Positions 16,549-20,000 of a stretch of DNA of 20,000 nucleotides are shown one piece after another. Numbering within the stretch: the stretch's first letter is position 1; the number at the start of each line of letters is the position of its first letter. Below the pieces are notes generated by a model. It was not told the DNA's origin. It made no database searches and saw only the letters and a program-made list of their open reading frames with translations. The DNA is taken from positions 118,262-138,261 of the forward strand of contig NZ_MWQY01000013.1 of NCBI RefSeq assembly GCF_002087085.1, in the 5' to 3' direction. The position numbers and the translations under genes are program-made.

Positions 16549-17613
16549 ATGAATAAGGTTGTACTTACCGCCTCCGACCTGGATGGCTATTTAACTGACA
16601 GCGATAAAAACCGGCTCAATGAAATGGAGGCTTATTACAGGAAAGCCCTGGAAATCAGTGCCGGTCTTTCTGAGACCCTGGACCCGGCGGTCCGTGAAAA
16701 GGGTAAGGAGTCTCTAATTTCCATCTACAATACCATGGGAAATTTCATGCAGGAGATTACCGGAAGGGAAGAGAAAATCAAGGTCTATCCCTTTGATACT
16801 CCACGGGAGAACCACGGAGAAGCTTCCCGCCTGATTGCCAAGCTCAGAGACATGGACACTCAGCAGCACGAGTTTATCTACTATATCCAGCGGGCATACG
16901 AGCTTCTCTTCAACCTGGCTTTCTCCGGCTGGGATTCAAGCAAGAGAAACTATTTTATAAAAAAGACGCCGGTAACGGCGCCGGTTCAGAATTATGCGGT
17001 ACACAAGATCCCCGACGTGGACGAACACATCAATAACTCTGTCATGTGTGTAATGCTTCGCGGGGCCCTGTTGCCTTCAATGATTATGAGCAAAGAGGTG
17101 GAGGAGTACAGCTCCAACGGCTATGTTACCCCCTTCGCTCTTTTCCGAATTCAGCGGGACGATTCAAAGAAGGAACGCAATATGGAATACCTTCTGGACC
17201 TGGACCGTTCCTTCTTCGATCTTGAAACCCTGGACGGCAAGGACCTCATTTTCGCCGATCCCATGAACGCTACAGGCGGAAGCCTCGTGACCATTGTCAA
17301 GTATCTGTCGGAACAGGGTATCAAGCCGCGATCCATCCTGTTTTTCAATGTAATCTCCGCCTTGAAGGGGTCCCTCCGCATCGTACGGGCAATCGAAAAC
17401 GCCTACGTCTACACATTGTGGATGGATCCTGTCCTGAACGACAAAGCCTATATTCTTCCGGGACTCGGAGACGCCGGGGATCGTCTTAACGGTCCTGATG
17501 CGCATGATTCCCCGAGGAACATCATTCAGCTTATTGCCGATTACGGGTCAAGTGTAACATCCCTGTATCGGTCACAGGTAAGGGAAATTGAGGCGACAGT
17601 ACTGGGGCGCTAG
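16549..17613 (+). CDS. upp: Uracil phosphoribosyltransferase, long form (354 aa)
   Basis: LIAKLRD, MLRGA, PRPP-binding loop IFADPMNATGGS and uracil-binding YILPGLGDAGDR. Confidence 0.9.
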   Translation: MNKVVLTASDLDGYLTDSDKNRLNEMEAYYRKALEISAGLSETLDPAVREKGKESLISIYNTMGNFMQEITGREEKIKVYPFDTPRENHGEASRLIAKLRDMDTQQHEFIYYIQRAYELLFNLAFSGWDSSKRNYFIKKTPVTAPVQNYAVHKIPDVDEHINNSVMCVMLRGALLPSMIMSKEVEEYSSNGYVTPFALFRIQRDDSKKERNMEYLLDLDRSFFDLETLDGKDLIFADPMNATGGSLVTIVKYLSEQGIKPRSILFFNVISALKGSLRIVRAIENAYVYTLWMDPVLNDKAYILPGLGDAGDRLNGPDAHDSPRNIIQLIADYGSSVTSLYRSQVREIEATVLGR

Positions 17614-18538
17614 CCTTCTGCTGATTCTGCTTCTCGGGGGCTGTACCTCCGTCTCCAATGAAGAGGCGGCGGAGGCCTACTATAACCTCGGCAATGCCTA
17701 TTTTGATCTGGGAAGGCTCAATGAATCGAAAAGGGCATATCAGCGTGCCCTGGAACTTGACCCGTCCCTTGCTGCCGCCACCTATAATCTTGCGAGGCTC
17801 TACATCGAAGACAGACGGTTCGATGAGGCGGAAGAAATCCTGCTTGCGCTTGTTGGGGCTGACGAGGAAAACACCCTGCTGTACGAGACCCTTGGCTGGC
17901 TTGAATTCCGACGGGGCAATAATCGGGCCGCCGCCCAACGATACCGGCAAGCCCTCGATCTCACGGAGGGGAATGCTGCCGTCTGGTATAATCTGGGGCG
18001 TATTCACGAAGTTGAAGGAGAACTGACAGAGGCGGTGGAGGCTTATCGAAAGGCTGTCTACTATGAACCGGATACGCTTCTGTACCGAACAGGCCTGGGA
18101 GAGGTGTATTACCTGCTTGAGGATTATATCGAAGCCGTCGATCTTCTGTATCCTGCCTTCTCGTCGGGGAACAGGGACCTTCAGCTGATAGTACTGCTTG
18201 TAAAAAACCTGACATCCGCCGAGGAGTATCCCGCTGCTCTTGAAGTTGCCGATGCCGGAATGGAAACCTGGGAAACGCAAAGACCGGAGGATCAGCAGAA
18301 CGAAATAAAGGCGGAAATACTCTTTTATAAATCCTTCACCCTGCTGGTGGGTTTTGAAAACACTGCCGAGGGGCTCTCCGCGCTGCGGGAAAGCATTGAT
18401 TCAGGATTTGACGATGCGGATAAGCTTGCACTGTTTTACAGGTATCCTGATATTCCCGGTTTTGAAGAGATTCAGGAGCTTCTGGAGGATAAAAAACTGG
18501 CGCCGAAGGAGTCTCCGGCGCCGAAGGTTGAACACTAG
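17588..18538 (+). CDS. TPR-repeat lipoprotein
   Basis: TTG start overlapping the upp 3' end; lipobox LGG-C; canonical TPRs (AYYNLGNAYFDLG…ALELDP, VWYNLGRI). Confidence 0.85.
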   Translation: MRRQYWGASLLLILLLGGCTSVSNEEAAEAYYNLGNAYFDLGRLNESKRAYQRALELDPSLAAATYNLARLYIEDRRFDEAEEILLALVGADEENTLLYETLGWLEFRRGNNRAAAQRYRQALDLTEGNAAVWYNLGRIHEVEGELTEAVEAYRKAVYYEPDTLLYRTGLGEVYYLLEDYIEAVDLLYPAFSSGNRDLQLIVLLVKNLTSAEEYPAALEVADAGMETWETQRPEDQQNEIKAEILFYKSFTLLVGFENTAEGLSALRESIDSGFDDADKLALFYRYPDIPGFEEIQELLEDKKLAPKESPAPKVEH

Positions 18539-18544
18539 GTATTC

Positions 18545-19174
18545 TCAGGAGTTCAGGGCTTTGAGGGTAGCAGAAAGCACCTGTTCGGGGCTGCCGGCTG
18601 CATCAATGTCTGTTTTTATACCCTTATCTTTGTAGTAATCGATCAGAGGCTGAGTTTGACGATAATATACCTGGAGACGGTTCTTTATTGCTTCAGGCGC
18701 ATCGTCCTGGCGGGTGTACAGTTCTCCGCCACAGCTGTCACAAATGCCCTCCTTCCTGGGGGGGGCAAATTTTACATGGTAGGTGGCTCCACAGTTTTTA
18801 CAGACCCGGCGTCCTGATAAGCGGTCTACAAGCACTTCATCGGCTACGGAAAAATTAACAGCCATCTGAAGCGTCGATATTGTATCCAGGGCCTCAGCCT
18901 GGGGTATTGTTCTTGGAAAACCATCAAGAATAAAGCCTTTCCCGGTATCTCCCTGGTTCAGACGCTCCTCAACAAGGGCAACCGTCAAATCGTCGGGAAC
19001 CAGTTCTCCTGAATCGAGTATGGACTTTACCTTCTTCCCCAGTTCCGACTGGTCTTTTATTGCCTTTCGGAACAGGTCTCCCGTCGAGATATGCGGTATT
19101 CCAAGCTCTTCACTGACTTTAACTGCGACAGTTCCCTTTCCGGCCCCGGGGGGACCGAGAAACACTAGATTCAT
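18545..19174 (-). CDS. adk: Adenylate kinase with zinc-binding LID
   Basis: GPPGAGKGT P-loop, HISTGDLFR, LDGFPRT; LID CKNC…CDSC. Confidence 0.98.
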   Translation of the reverse strand: MNLVFLGPPGAGKGTVAVKVSEELGIPHISTGDLFRKAIKDQSELGKKVKSILDSGELVPDDLTVALVEERLNQGDTGKGFILDGFPRTIPQAEALDTISTLQMAVNFSVADEVLVDRLSGRRVCKNCGATYHVKFAPPRKEGICDSCGGELYTRQDDAPEAIKNRLQVYYRQTQPLIDYYKDKGIKTDIDAAGSPEQVLSATLKALNS

Positions 19175-19383
19175 TACTCTTCCTCCGTAGTCACATCTGC
19201 CTCTTCACAGGCGCTGCTGCAATAAGGCGTATCCGTATCGGGCAGAAAATAGTTACCGCATGCGGTGCATCGGCGGTATTGTCTGGCACACTCGAGGGAG
19301 CAGAACTGATCCATCTGAACCGTCTCTATATCGATGTATTTGCCACAGTTTCTGCACCGATAGTATACAGTACCCGATTGCAT
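19174..19383 (-). CDS. Small protein (69 aa) with two tandem TRASH/FCS(MYM)-like zinc-finger motifs
   Basis: CRNC-x14-CSLEC and CTAC-x12-CSSAC; its stop overlaps the adk start (TAATG). Confidence 0.75.
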   Translation of the reverse strand: MQSGTVYYRCRNCGKYIDIETVQMDQFCSLECARQYRRCTACGNYFLPDTDTPYCSSACEEADVTTEEE

Positions 19384-19388
19384 GATTC

Positions 19389-19418
19389 ATGGTATCATGC
19401 TTGCGGAAATGATGTCAT
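19389..19418 (-). promoter_or_regulatory. Putative promoter giving a leaderless zinc-finger-adk transcript
   Basis: Minus strand: ATGACA, 18 nt spacer (ending TGA), TACCAT, then 5 nt to ATG 19383; no SD sequence. Confidence 0.5.
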
Positions 19419-19456
19419 CAGAGTTCGATCTCCGGTGTGCTTTTTTATGAAAAAAC

Positions 19457-19485
19457 TTGTCTATGTCTGTATTTTCCACTATGTT
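19457..19485 (+). promoter_or_regulatory. Putative sigma70 promoter for the coiled-coil gene
   Basis: TTGTCT, 17 nt spacer, TATGTT; A/T tracts upstream; GGAGG RBS at 19493-19497. Confidence 0.5.
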
Positions 19486-19501
19486 TAAATATGGAGGGTA
19501 T

Positions 19502-19885
19502 ATGGGTTTCCAGGAGAAATTTAAACAAAGCGTATCAAAAGGCTTGGAGCATTCAAAATCTTTTTTCAGTTCCGCCAAGGATAAGGCAAAGGAACTGGGT
19601 GATGTAGGTATCCTCCGCTTCGAAATACATCAGCTGGAAGAAAAGATTAAAAAGCAGGAATTGCAGCTGGGGCACCAGGTCTATGAAATCCTCGCTGTTG
19701 AAGGCAAGCAAAGCCTGACAAAACGCAGCGCCGGGATAAAAGAGATTATCGAAGCAATCGAGGATCTGCAGACTCAAGTTACCGGAAAACGTGTCGTCCT
19801 GGAGGATGTTGAAGCCCGTGACGATGCAGGGGAGCAGAAAGAGGCTGAAGGTTCTGAAAGCGAGGAAAAACCTGGAATCGGGTAG
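19502..19885 (+). CDS. Hypothetical coiled-coil protein with an acidic tail, 127 aa
   Basis: GGAGG RBS sets the start at ATG 19502 (MGFQEKFKQ…); heptad-like segments (IHQLEEKIKKQELQL, IIEAIEDLQTQV). Confidence 0.75.
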   Translation: MGFQEKFKQSVSKGLEHSKSFFSSAKDKAKELGDVGILRFEIHQLEEKIKKQELQLGHQVYEILAVEGKQSLTKRSAGIKEIIEAIEDLQTQVTGKRVVLEDVEARDDAGEQKEAEGSESEEKPGIG

Positions 19886-19930
19886 ATTTTCCAGGCTTTG
19901 TGATTCTTGATATTTTTCTTCACGTTATGG

Positions 19931-19959
19931 TTGACACGTTTTGCTTGTAGTGATATAAC
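19931..19959 (+). promoter_or_regulatory. Strong sigma70 promoter for a transcript that continues beyond the window
   Basis: TTGACA (19931-19936), 17 nt spacer, extended -10 TGa-TATAAC (19954-19959); T-rich UP-like tract upstream. Confidence 0.8.
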
Positions 19960-20000
19960 TGCGATCACGCTGAAGCGACGGGGTGATGAGCTCTGGAGGG

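Noticed and set aside
17531..18280. 249-aa antisense ORF over the TPR lipoprotein
   Set aside because: Shadow ORF; the sense strand has a clear lipobox and TPR repeats.
19975..20000. Possible SAM-I riboswitch start (…GAG…GGAGGG)
   Set aside because: Lacks the TTATC-AGAG P1 consensus and is cut by the window edge.

Overview
Gene-dense chromosomal window from a spirochaete (Spirochaetales; free-living Spirochaetaceae-like, inferred from gene content and a G2-U71 tRNA-Lys). It is mostly housekeeping and envelope genes. In order: 5'-truncated PilZ protein, exported HEAT-repeat protein, comEC, rsmA; YD-repeat lipoprotein plus a second, paralogous HEAT protein; (minus strand) LOG family, pta, dapB, dapA; tyrA; bactofilin, TPR protein, mtaB; a cassette of two FadL/PorV/TraF-like beta-barrel proteins flanking a very acidic lipoprotein; tRNA-Lys(UUU) and tRNA-Glu(UUC); a long upp, a TPR lipoprotein; (minus strand) a small double zinc-finger protein coupled to adk; a coiled-coil protein; and a strong promoter at the right edge. 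I see no mobile element, CRISPR array or defence system. The best candidates for uncharacterised systems are the barrel-lipoprotein-barrel cassette, the YD-lipoprotein/HEAT operon with its paralog, and the apparently leaderless zinc-finger-adk unit. All family calls come from motif recognition by eye, not database searches.
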